This document shows positions 10,407 through 19,823 of a stretch of DNA of 64,000 nt, one piece after another. Numbering within the stretch: position 1 is the stretch's first letter; each line of letters starts with the position of its first letter. The notes under the pieces are model-generated. The model saw only the letters and a list, made by a program, of their open reading frames with translations. It made no database searches and was not told the origin of the DNA. Origin of the DNA: Sedimentisphaerales bacterium. GTDB taxonomy: Bacteria; Planctomycetota; Phycisphaerae; Sedimentisphaerales; SM23-30. Where the stretch lies: contig CAXXFK010000002.1 of NCBI GenBank assembly GCA_963663965.2, positions 1 through 64,000 on the forward strand, in the 5' to 3' direction. The translations under genes and the position numbers were made by a program.

Positions 10407-11936
10407 TCAGGATTGCTTTTCTAACAGGATTTTTTTCACTTTTTCTCCCATAATTTTCAGGGGCGGCTCCTTTTGTGTGAAGAGTTTAAACTGTTCCGCG
10501 GCCTGATTGATAAACATGCTCAGTCCGTCAACGGTCATCGCTCCAGCCGTATCGGCCATTTTTAGCAGCCTGGTTCTCAGCGGATTATAAACAGTATCGA
10601 AAACGATCATATCTTTAGTAAGATAGTTTTCGGGTACCGGACAGGTATCCATATTGGGGTGCATCCCTAATGTTGTGCAGTTGACAATCAGTCTGGCCTT
10701 GAAATTCTTCAGATTATTTACCGAATCGTAGTCGCAGTTGAATAATTGCGCCAGATTTTCGGCTTTCTTAACGGTGCGGTTAAATACGGTGACCCTGGCC
10801 CGGGCATCGGTCAACCCGGCTACAATCGCGCGGGCGGCGCCACCGGCCCCGATGACGGCTGTGGGCATGTTGGTCAGATCGGATTTTTTGATATTCAGGG
10901 TCTGGTAGATCCCGTTCATGGCGCCGGTATAGTCGGTGTTATAACCGCTTAGTGTCGAATCTGAGTTGAAAATTATGGTATTGATCGCCCCGATTTTTTC
11001 AGCAAGCGGGTCAATTTTGCCCTGTCTGGCCTTGATTGCTTTCAGGGCGTTTTCTTTATGAGGGACGGTCACGCTGAGACCGCGAAAATTGAGCCAGGGA
11101 CGCTGGAGGATATTTTCCAGGAATTGGTTGAAGGTTTCATGATCGGGGTGGATGAGCAGGGGGAGGTATAATCCATTAAAGTCAATGGCTTTAAACGCAG
11201 CATTATGAATTGCCGGGCTCATGGAATGGGCCACCGGAAAGCCGCAGACCCCGAAAAGTTGTGTTTCGGAATTAATAGCCTCCCAGTGGTAGATATCCTG
11301 GGACTGTTGAATTGTTATCTGGCCGGGTGCGGTTCCGGCACTGGCATTGGGGGCGAAGAAGGATAAAAAACCATTCAGTTTTGGGGTAATCAGACGGGTT
11401 TGCAGGCCGGCTTCACCCATGGCGATTGCTATACTCCCCGGATAATTGTGCATGATATCCAGGGCGGTGAAGCTGTCGTTAATCGTCTGGGGCATGAAAG
11501 CGACTTTAGGAATGGCGTTGGGGATGGATTGCATCTGGCCGGGAAGGTCTTTGAAGGAGTGGGGTAATGTTTTAAAATCGTGGGCGCTGAGGATCAAACG
11601 GGCGTTCCTGGGTGTAAAGGGGGACTGTTGATATGAAGCCCATTCCAGGTCGATGAAATCAGCGCCAGCCAGATCAGCCATTACGAGCAATTCATTGCGG
11701 CGATCGGATGGACCGTTAAAATGGCCGCCCTCGGAGATGTGCCGCAATGTGACGATGGTTTTTAGCTGATGTTGCCGGGCCAATTGGATAAAGTCAGGCA
11801 GCCGATTCTGATCATTGGGATTGAGATAATCGATTCTCAATTCAACGGCATCGGCGCGGTCCCGGGCGGCCTGTTCGATGGCAGTCAGTGTTGCCAGATC
11901 AGTTGACTCAGAAAGGGCCAGCGTTAACAGAGTCAT
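10407..11936 (-). CDS. aroE: bifunctional type I 3-dehydroquinate dehydratase / shikimate dehydrogenase (AroD-AroE fusion)
   Basis: N-terminal ELRID, SAHDF, AMGEAG, APGQ; C-terminal HSMSP, VTVPHK, NTDY, GAGGAA, DTVYNP. Confidence 0.92.
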   Translation of the reverse strand: MTLLTLALSESTDLATLTAIEQAARDRADAVELRIDYLNPNDQNRLPDFIQLARQHQLKTIVTLRHISEGGHFNGPSDRRNELLVMADLAGADFIDLEWASYQQSPFTPRNARLILSAHDFKTLPHSFKDLPGQMQSIPNAIPKVAFMPQTINDSFTALDIMHNYPGSIAIAMGEAGLQTRLITPKLNGFLSFFAPNASAGTAPGQITIQQSQDIYHWEAINSETQLFGVCGFPVAHSMSPAIHNAAFKAIDFNGLYLPLLIHPDHETFNQFLENILQRPWLNFRGLSVTVPHKENALKAIKARQGKIDPLAEKIGAINTIIFNSDSTLSGYNTDYTGAMNGIYQTLNIKKSDLTNMPTAVIGAGGAARAIVAGLTDARARVTVFNRTVKKAENLAQLFNCDYDSVNNLKNFKARLIVNCTTLGMHPNMDTCPVPENYLTKDMIVFDTVYNPLRTRLLKMADTAGAMTVDGLSMFINQAAEQFKLFTQKEPPLKIMGEKVKKILLEKQS

Positions 11937-12077
11937 GGGTAACTCCTTAATCTATAGTATGATACGAGTAATATTGTTGTATATATGTGGTGATAATTGT
12001 AATGGCTTTAGATATTTAAAACCAGCGGTAATTCCTTTACTTATCTAAATTTATCATGTGCGATTCCTAACGAATTC

Positions 12078-12106
12078 TTGCAAATACCGATACTTTTGTA
12101 CATAAT
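12078..12106 (+). promoter_or_regulatory. putative sigma70 promoter of panB
   Basis: TTGCAA-N17-CATAAT. Confidence 0.5.
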
Positions 12107-12273
12107 GGTTCTATAACCAATTTATGATTTACCTACTAATGCTGAAAGCAATTTATTGATTGAGATCATGACTGGTTAATAACACCAGCAACTTCGACAG
12201 GCTTGATTCACTACTTATGTAGCTTGAAATTGATATCAACCTGTCAACCAACCCGATCCAAGGGATTTTCATT

Positions 12274-13116
12274 ATGAATGATAAAATAACTCTGGCAACG
12301 TTAAAACGTTTTAAAGAGGAAAGCCGCCCGATTTCGGTATTGACCTGTTATGATTATTCGGTAGCGGTTTTATTGCAGGACGCCGGAGTCGACAGTCTGT
12401 TAGTGGGAGATTCTCTGGCTCAGACCGTACTGGGATATCCCAGCACCTTGAATGCGGATATGGATTTAATGCTAACCTTAACGGCAGCGGTCAGGCGTGG
12501 AGCGCCTTATGTCTATTTGATTGGCGATATGCCGTTTTTAAGTTATACGATTTCCCAAGATCAGACCTTGCGTAACGCCGGGCGATTCATGACCGAAGGC
12601 GGCTGTGATGTTGTTAAATTGGAAGTGGATGAACGGCACGTTGATACTGTCTATCAACTGAGTCGTGCGGGTATTCCCGTTATGGCACACCTGGGGTATC
12701 GGCCACAATCGTCTCGGGTCGAAGACCGAATTGTTCAGACCCGGCAGGTTGAAAAAGCGGTTCAGTTGGTGCACGATGCCCAAGCAATGATCGAGGCCGG
12801 CGCTGTCGGTTTGCTGCTTGAATGTGTGACTGATATTGTGGCACAGGAAGTGACCCGGCGATGTCCCCAGCCGGTTATCAGTTGTGGCAGTGGCCCGGGC
12901 TGTGATGGCCAGGTTCTGGTGCTTCATGAAATTCTGGGGATGCCTGGGGCGGCTAAACCGAAGTTTACCCAACAGTTTGGCGATATTGGTCAACAGATAT
13001 GTCAAGCCGGCAAGGCTTATGTTCAAGCCGTCGTCGAAAAGCAGTTTCCAACAGAAGAACATTGTTATCATATGACATCCCAGGCCAGAGAAGAATTTCT
13101 GGAAAAGATACAGTAA
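12274..13116 (+). CDS. panB: ketopantoate hydroxymethyltransferase
   Basis: LTCYD, LLVGDSL, GDMPF, VKLE, HLGYRPQ, CDGQVLV. Confidence 0.95.
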   Translation: MNDKITLATLKRFKEESRPISVLTCYDYSVAVLLQDAGVDSLLVGDSLAQTVLGYPSTLNADMDLMLTLTAAVRRGAPYVYLIGDMPFLSYTISQDQTLRNAGRFMTEGGCDVVKLEVDERHVDTVYQLSRAGIPVMAHLGYRPQSSRVEDRIVQTRQVEKAVQLVHDAQAMIEAGAVGLLLECVTDIVAQEVTRRCPQPVISCGSGPGCDGQVLVLHEILGMPGAAKPKFTQQFGDIGQQICQAGKAYVQAVVEKQFPTEEHCYHMTSQAREEFLEKIQ

Positions 13117-13135
13117 CCAATACAAGGAGCCAACG

Positions 13136-14698
13136 ATGACTATTGGTAAGATCTATCGAATTGGAGTTGTTTGTTGTTTGTTAGTTGGATGGACCTTGTT
13201 GGCCGATGATACCGTATCCGTTTCAAAGCCTGAGACCCCGGAGGAGCTTCAGCCGGCGGAATTGGCGGATTTATTGAATCGTGCTTATCGGCAGGCAGTA
13301 AGGCGCGTGGCACCTGCGGTGGTTGCGTTAAAGATCTATCCATCCGAGAGCCAGCCAGGGGATGCAGATAAGGCGTATTCAATCGGCAGCGGATGTCTAG
13401 TCGATAAAGAAGGTTATCTTATTACCAGCTATCATCTGGTACGTGATGCGGGTAAAATAGAGATCAGTCTGGCTGATGGGCAGTTGTATCCATCCATCGG
13501 AGTCTGGACCGATCCGGATACCGATCTGGCGATTGTTCGGATAAAACCGGGAGAATACGAATTGCCCGTTGCGAATTTTGGTGATTCGGATCAGGCCTTT
13601 GTGGGGGATCCGGTATTGGCCATAGGAAGCCCTTTTGGATTAAATCAAACCGTTACCAGTGGCATAATCAGCTGCAAGGGCCGCGAAACCCCCAACCAGA
13701 TATTGGGTGAGTGGGGCTATGAGGATTTTATTCAAACCGATGCTGTCATCAACCGGGGTAATAGTGGCGGGCCGCTAATTAATCTGAGAGGTGAAATTAT
13801 TGGGATCAATGCCAACATATTAACTCCAACGGGTTATTCAACCGGTTATGGTTTTGCCGTGCCCTCGAATCTGGCGCGATGGGTGGCCGGAGAACTGATT
13901 AAAAGAAAACAGGTGGTTAGAGGGTATCTGGGGGCGGCTCTTTTACCATTAAGTCTGGATGAATTAAAACGCAAGGCCCGCTCAGACACTTTTGGTTACC
14001 GTGAAGCCATTCCCGCGCTGGCACGTATTCCTGACGGGATGAATGGTGTGATGGTGGTTCGTATTACGCCCAATTCACCGGCCATGGGGGCAGGGATGCG
14101 GCCCTATGATGTGATATTGGAAATCGATGGTCAGGCCGTATTATCATCGCGTGAATTCCGGGGATATATCGCCCGGCAGAGACCGGGAACTCAGATCAGG
14201 TGTAAAGTTTTGCGTATGGGACAAATGTTAGATCTGGCAGTTTTATTGACCGGTCGTGAATTGGCGCGCCAGCAAGCGGATCGTCTGTCGGCTGAGGAAG
14301 AAGCCGGCCAGGGGGGGTATAAGCCGCTTCCCGGTATGTCAGAACCGCAACCCAACCCGCCATTCGAATCAGCATCTCCTCTGCAAACACCGACATTAGG
14401 TATCAGTGTCAAGACGATGGACGATCAAGTAGCCGGTCAATATCTCTATCCTCCAGATCAAAAAGGAGTTATTATTACGTCCGTTAAACCAGGAAGTCTG
14501 GCGGCTAAAGCCGGCCTGCAAGCGGGTATGATTCTGCTAAAAGCAAATGGTCAATCGCTGGAAAATCCAGTTAACGGTCGAGAGATTCTCCGGGTTGCCG
14601 TGATGGAAATGGGGCCTGAAAAGCCAGAATTACGTCTGACTGTCAAATATAAAAGCGTGGAGGATTTAGAGATTGTCATTAAATATAAAGAAAATTGA
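13136..14698 (+). CDS. HtrA/DegP-family periplasmic serine protease with two PDZ domains
   Basis: Signal peptide; catalytic H (TSYH), D (TDLA) and S (INRGNSGGPL); two PDZ domains. Confidence 0.93.
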   Translation: MTIGKIYRIGVVCCLLVGWTLLADDTVSVSKPETPEELQPAELADLLNRAYRQAVRRVAPAVVALKIYPSESQPGDADKAYSIGSGCLVDKEGYLITSYHLVRDAGKIEISLADGQLYPSIGVWTDPDTDLAIVRIKPGEYELPVANFGDSDQAFVGDPVLAIGSPFGLNQTVTSGIISCKGRETPNQILGEWGYEDFIQTDAVINRGNSGGPLINLRGEIIGINANILTPTGYSTGYGFAVPSNLARWVAGELIKRKQVVRGYLGAALLPLSLDELKRKARSDTFGYREAIPALARIPDGMNGVMVVRITPNSPAMGAGMRPYDVILEIDGQAVLSSREFRGYIARQRPGTQIRCKVLRMGQMLDLAVLLTGRELARQQADRLSAEEEAGQGGYKPLPGMSEPQPNPPFESASPLQTPTLGISVKTMDDQVAGQYLYPPDQKGVIITSVKPGSLAAKAGLQAGMILLKANGQSLENPVNGREILRVAVMEMGPEKPELRLTVKYKSVEDLEIVIKYKEN

Positions 14699-14704
14699 AA
14701 ACAG

Positions 14705-15853
14705 TCAAATCCGATGGGATTTTCGATAAGACAAAGGGGACATACCCATGGCTTTGCGAAACGAACGGGCAAAATGTTTATCAGAAGGGTATCCCATACT
14801 TTGAGCGATTTCGCCAATCGATAGATTCGTTGATACCAGCAGCTCCGCGACCAGATTGGATTTAATATTTACGATTTCGTCATAGATGGACCGTTTCAGG
14901 GTGCGTCGAAATCGTTTTTCCAATACACGCCGGGACAATCCCGTGGCGCTTACCACATCATCAACCTGAATAATTTCACGGGCATGGTTGCGAATAAAGT
15001 TAATAGCGGAAGCAATATCCGGATCCTGGATGGCCAGGATATTCGTCGATTGGCGAGTGACTATATGTGTCGGTTTGGTAATGATTTCCATTTCGTCAAC
15101 CGATTGGCCGTTCATCAGTTTATCGAGCAGGCCTGCTGCCTGGAATCCGATCTTCTCAAAATCAAGGGCGATACTGGATAGTGGCGGGTCTGAAAGTTCA
15201 CAGATTTGCGGGTCGTTGTCAACACCGAGAACGGCAATCTCTTCTGGAATATGGATACCCGCAATTTTACCGGCTTCGACAATTTGCCTGGCCCTGTCGT
15301 CGTTGCAAGCGAACAGGCCAATGGGTTTGGGCAGTGTTTGTAGCCAGCGAGCCAGGTGATTTTGTTCCGCTTGCCAGGAATAATGTCTTTGCGGATTGGG
15401 CGGCTGGTAACAATGAACCGGGTAACCTGAATTTTTAACCATGATTTCGAAAAGATTCTGCCGCTCAACAGACCAGCCAATTTGATTAAAACCACACCAT
15501 GCCAATCGTGTAAATCCACGATTCAGTAAATGTTCAAGCGCTATCGTGACGATTTCTTGTGAGTCGGCAGAAATATGAGGGCAACCTGGAACGTGCAAAC
15601 CCCGGGTTACTGCCGGCAAGCCGCTGGCGATGATTTTTTTAGCGGTCGCCGGCGTTGGATTATGAGCTATAATGCCATGAGCGCCCCAATGTTTGAGTTG
15701 AGGGATGCTCGTTTGACGTCCTCCCGCACCCGGATCACTATAAAACGCCCATGGACCTTGCAGGCGCGAGTAGCGGGCGATTCCACGCGCCAGCGCACGG
15801 TCGACACCCCGGCTCATCTCAAGGATCAGTATGACTTTTTTAATCTCAGCCAT
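14705..15853 (-). CDS. XylR-family regulator (LacI-type ligand domain + AraC HTH)
   Basis: ACNDDRA, AVLGVDND, PPLSSI and a C-terminal AraC double HTH. Confidence 0.9.
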   Translation of the reverse strand: MAEIKKVILILEMSRGVDRALARGIARYSRLQGPWAFYSDPGAGGRQTSIPQLKHWGAHGIIAHNPTPATAKKIIASGLPAVTRGLHVPGCPHISADSQEIVTIALEHLLNRGFTRLAWCGFNQIGWSVERQNLFEIMVKNSGYPVHCYQPPNPQRHYSWQAEQNHLARWLQTLPKPIGLFACNDDRARQIVEAGKIAGIHIPEEIAVLGVDNDPQICELSDPPLSSIALDFEKIGFQAAGLLDKLMNGQSVDEMEIITKPTHIVTRQSTNILAIQDPDIASAINFIRNHAREIIQVDDVVSATGLSRRVLEKRFRRTLKRSIYDEIVNIKSNLVAELLVSTNLSIGEIAQSMGYPSDKHFARSFRKAMGMSPLSYRKSHRI

Positions 15854-16077
15854 ACCGATGATTGTAATAAGATATCAGGTATTGGGCAATTTGAAATTAA
15901 GAAACCGTTCATCAAAAAATACTTCATTTCTCATCCCATCTTGCCGCCATCTTCAGCCGCTTCTCAATCGCGAAATTCTCGACATAGAATCGCACCGACT
16001 TCGGTTTCGCTCAAGCGGCGCGACTGAATCTGACAACAAGCTGTGCGATAAATGCAGCACTTATTTATGGACGGCTC

Positions 16078-16914
16078 CTAACTGAGAACAACACCTTTCA
16101 GCGAGATGATTTTTTCTTCAACGGGTATTAACTGTCCAGATTGACGCAGGGCTTCATTGACCAGCCGCGTGGCACCCGAACAACATGGGACTTCCATACG
16201 TGCGATCGTAATCGATTGAATCGGATTGTGACGGAAGATTTCTACCAGTTTTTCCAGATAGATATCCAATACAGGATCCAATTTGGGACAAAAGACAATA
16301 ACCACTTTATCTTTTAAGAATTCCTGATGAAAATTACCATAGGCAAATGGAACACAATCCGCTGCAATCAGGAGATGGGCGTTGTTGAAATATGGCGCCT
16401 GGGGATTAAGTAAGGCTAATTGGACGGGCCATTGGCGTAATTGTGAAGGGATATCCGTATTGTTTGAAATCGATGTTGGCTGTTTATCAAATTGCATAGC
16501 TCGAGAACCTGGGCATCCTCCGGAAGCATGATGGTGGCCCGAAGCACATACGGTTTCCTTTAAATCTGGAATGGGAATATTGTGTTCCTTGAGACAGGCC
16601 ATGGCTTCCTGAAGGTAATTTATTTCCTGATGATCTGCCAGATGTTTTAAGTGGGCCTTTATCGTGGCTGGTCCAGCCTTGATTATACTGGCCATAACCT
16701 TTCGTTCATTGTAGGGTTCGGCTTCACGCTCTTCAATGCTGATGGCGCCTTCCGGACAGTGACCCAGGCAGGCACCCAATCCATCGCAGGATAATTCGCT
16801 GACAATCCGTGCTTTACCATCAATTATTTGAAGAGCGCCCTCCGGACAATTGGGGATACACAGTCCGCAACCATTGCATTTAACTTCATCAATCTTAACA
16901 ATTTTACGTTTCAT
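16078..16914 (-). CDS. 4Fe-4S dicluster domain protein
   Basis: CNGCGLCIPNCPEGA, CDGLGACLGHCP, QWPVQL, ADC, CPKLD, MEVPCC. Confidence 0.9.
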   Translation of the reverse strand: MKRKIVKIDEVKCNGCGLCIPNCPEGALQIIDGKARIVSELSCDGLGACLGHCPEGAISIEEREAEPYNERKVMASIIKAGPATIKAHLKHLADHQEINYLQEAMACLKEHNIPIPDLKETVCASGHHHASGGCPGSRAMQFDKQPTSISNNTDIPSQLRQWPVQLALLNPQAPYFNNAHLLIAADCVPFAYGNFHQEFLKDKVVIVFCPKLDPVLDIYLEKLVEIFRHNPIQSITIARMEVPCCSGATRLVNEALRQSGQLIPVEEKIISLKGVVLS

Positions 16915-16931
16915 AGAGGTCTCCATAACAG

Positions 16932-16960
16932 CTATATAAGACTATTATAGTCTTATATAG
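16932..16960. promoter_or_regulatory. perfect 14-bp inverted repeat; IscR/Rrf2-like operator
   Basis: CTATATAAGACTAT-T-ATAGTCTTATATAG just upstream of the Fe-S protein gene. Confidence 0.65.
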
Positions 16961-17104
16961 AGCAAAAAGCAAAATGTCATGCAAAGATATGTCACCAAAT
17001 GATAAGCAATTGAAGGTATTTAGAGATTGAAATTGACATTAACATATTATAAGTTAATATGTTACATTCTTGATATGTTTTGATATTTATCGATAAAAAT
17101 TGAT

Positions 17105-18124
17105 ATGGCCACGAGTAAAAAAACAGAAAAATTAGCAAAGAGTCTGGCGCCACAGCCATTTTACGTCATTGCTGGAAAAGATCGCCGGCGAGCGATTGAT
17201 TCTTTGCATCATCTGGTGGAGCAGTTATTGGGGGATGCGGATCCACAATTGGCAATGACAAATTATGACGGCGGAGAGGCAAAGTTATCTGAGGTGTTAA
17301 CCGATTTGAATACATTGCCCTTTCTGTCAGATTATCGATTGGTTGTTGTAAAAGATGCGGATGATTTTATCAGCCAATATCGACAGGCATTAGAAGATTA
17401 TCAGCAAAATCCATCCTCAACAGGAATTCTTATTCTTCAGGCGGAATCTTTTCCCAAAACAACCAGGCTGGCAAAAGCAATCAACAAAAATGGGGCGTTT
17501 ATCGATTGCAGTCCAGTCGCGGCGAAAGAATTGCCAGTATTTTTAACCGATTACGCAAAAAAGACTTATGGTTTAATTATGTCAGAGCGCAGCGCCCGAT
17601 TTCTGATTGAGATGATTGGGGATGAGTCTGGAATTCTGTGTGGAGAAATCGATAAAATAGCCACCTTTCTGGCAGATCCACAAGCACCGGGAACACAGAT
17701 TACTGAAGACATCATTTTGCAATTAAGTGGCCATAATCGTCAGTATACTGTTTTTAATGTGATTGATTCCATGGTGAGTGGGCAGACCAGAAAAGCGCTC
17801 GAGCTTCTTGATGCCATGATGAGACTAGATCGCGAGGCTGAATTTAGTGCAGTGGGGGCATTTGCCTGGCATGTTCGCAGGTTATACCGAGCACGAATTT
17901 TAATGGATGATCGTACGAATGATGCTGAAATTTTGAAAAAGGCAGGAGTCTGGCACAATACGAGAGAATTTTTGCAGCAAGTCAGAAAGTTAAATATCAA
18001 AAAAATTGCCCAGGCGTTAAAAAGACTGGCAGAGATCGATTATGGTCAGAAGACGGGCGGATGCTCGGTCAAAGATGGATTGGAAAAATTTATAGTGGAG
18101 TTTTCGAGTATTTCAGTCCGATAA
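17105..18124 (+). CDS. holA: DNA polymerase III delta subunit
   Basis: YVIAG, LNTLPFL..RLVVVKDAD, EIDKI, VFNVID, D...KTG. Confidence 0.88.
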   Translation: MATSKKTEKLAKSLAPQPFYVIAGKDRRRAIDSLHHLVEQLLGDADPQLAMTNYDGGEAKLSEVLTDLNTLPFLSDYRLVVVKDADDFISQYRQALEDYQQNPSSTGILILQAESFPKTTRLAKAINKNGAFIDCSPVAAKELPVFLTDYAKKTYGLIMSERSARFLIEMIGDESGILCGEIDKIATFLADPQAPGTQITEDIILQLSGHNRQYTVFNVIDSMVSGQTRKALELLDAMMRLDREAEFSAVGAFAWHVRRLYRARILMDDRTNDAEILKKAGVWHNTREFLQQVRKLNIKKIAQALKRLAEIDYGQKTGGCSVKDGLEKFIVEFSSISVR

Positions 18125-18248
18125 AATATTCAGGTTATTATAAAAACAGTCTGGACAGGAGAAAAATAATAGTTAATATACGATAAGTTGTTAATTATAT
18201 GACACTTATCCTCAATTAAATTCCGGCAGTTGCAGGGAGGCAATCGTC

Positions 18249-19766
18249 ATGAAATGTCATGGAAGACTATTTGCTTTTATTTCAGTATTAGTTAGTCTGA
18301 TACTATTCGGTTGTAACAGCTATTCCAGCTACGATCCGGTACGCCTGGGTGAATCCGGTAAAAATTCTGGAAATAACAGCGCCAATCAAACGGAATTCGG
18401 GCAAAATAACCAATATAACCAGTTGAACGGGCAGCGTCCTCAAACGGTTGTTCGAGATACCAGTGGTTTTCCGATGTCACAACAGCCCAATGAGGTTTCC
18501 GGGCAAAATCCCAGGAATTCTTATCATTCTCAACCTGATATAACCGCCGATAATAATAAAAGTTATTATGAGGTCTATAATCCATCTCATCCTAACGCGG
18601 ATAGTCGAGGTTATGTAAGGTACTATCCTCATCCCCCGGTCAATGAACAACCCGTGACTTCTGTTGGTCAGACCAATAACGGGCAGTACCAAACTGCTAA
18701 TACAAATGGCCAAAATAGTGGTTACTGGTCACATTTGCCTACCAGACAACAAGGCTATGAGGCGAATCATTTTCAAACTCCGAATGTGACCCGAGTACAA
18801 CCTTCCAATAATCCGTACAATAAAAAAGAAACAATAGTTTCAGGAGAAGGTTCACCGGGGGGATCAGCTATAGCTAGTGTAAATGTTCCTGATGAAAGCA
18901 ATTCGATTTCAGTATCAACACAGAATGCTGTGTCGCCGGCATTACAACCCATTGTCCAGGTTGGAGGGGTAACGGGGGCTCTGGCGGCCAATCCAAGCAG
19001 TACCCGTTTAAATCCCAACAAAACAATGGTTGCGCGGATTGATGATCCTCCAACCATACCCCAAGTCACCTATTATCTGGAACGGTTGGTCAGTGAAAAT
19101 CCTCAAGACATCAGCGCACAACTGGCTTTGCGTTTGATGTACGCTGCCCAGGGGGATGCCGATAGAGCGCTCAAGACAATTCCGTCGGTACCTGATGATT
19201 TGCAGAATTCTGCGCTGGATCTTGCCAGAGCCGTCGTTTTGACCTCCCGGACGATTCAAAAGAAAGACGATCCGGTGGTAGCCAATAAGGCGTTAGAAGC
19301 GCTGGAAGCATTGCATAGCATGATTGCCGAAAGAGCAGACCTGAGAATCGAAAATTTGAAAATCTGTTCTGATGTGAGCGGCTTTGGGCAATATAATGAA
19401 CTCGATCCACAGGCGCTTACGGAAGGCCAGGGACGCAGCATTCTGGTTTATTGTGAACTTGAGAATTTTACTAATGGATTAAACGCAGACAACCAATATT
19501 ATACCAGTATTCATGCCAGTATTACATTATATGATTCCGGTTTGAATGCTTTGACACAACTCAGCGCGCCGGTAGTCGACAAGCCCTCTTATAATAAGCG
19601 TCGTGATTTCTATCTGCGCGGGCCGTTGCAACTTCCGAAACTGTCGCCGGGGAAATATGAGATCGTTACTGTGATCGAAGACAAACTGGCGAATAAACGG
19701 GCGTTGCCGTGGCGTTATGAATTTGAGGTTAAAGGCAACCCGACATCAGTAGCAAACATTCCGTAA
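18249..19766 (+). CDS. hypothetical lipoprotein (disordered N-terminal half, Ig-like C-terminus)
   Basis: Lipobox LFGC; N/Q/P/S-rich region; C-terminal C..VSGFGQY, YCELENF, RRDFY, PGKY. Confidence 0.75.
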   Translation: MKCHGRLFAFISVLVSLILFGCNSYSSYDPVRLGESGKNSGNNSANQTEFGQNNQYNQLNGQRPQTVVRDTSGFPMSQQPNEVSGQNPRNSYHSQPDITADNNKSYYEVYNPSHPNADSRGYVRYYPHPPVNEQPVTSVGQTNNGQYQTANTNGQNSGYWSHLPTRQQGYEANHFQTPNVTRVQPSNNPYNKKETIVSGEGSPGGSAIASVNVPDESNSISVSTQNAVSPALQPIVQVGGVTGALAANPSSTRLNPNKTMVARIDDPPTIPQVTYYLERLVSENPQDISAQLALRLMYAAQGDADRALKTIPSVPDDLQNSALDLARAVVLTSRTIQKKDDPVVANKALEALEALHSMIAERADLRIENLKICSDVSGFGQYNELDPQALTEGQGRSILVYCELENFTNGLNADNQYYTSIHASITLYDSGLNALTQLSAPVVDKPSYNKRRDFYLRGPLQLPKLSPGKYEIVTVIEDKLANKRALPWRYEFEVKGNPTSVANIP

Positions 19767-19823
19767 AAATTACTCAACAGTCTGTCAGTAGCATAACGGA
19801 CAAGGCCAGAAAGGCAGGAAAAA

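Noticed and set aside
10407..11936. AroD-AroE fusion as a novelty
   Set aside because: Known architecture in planctomycetes, chlamydiae and plants.
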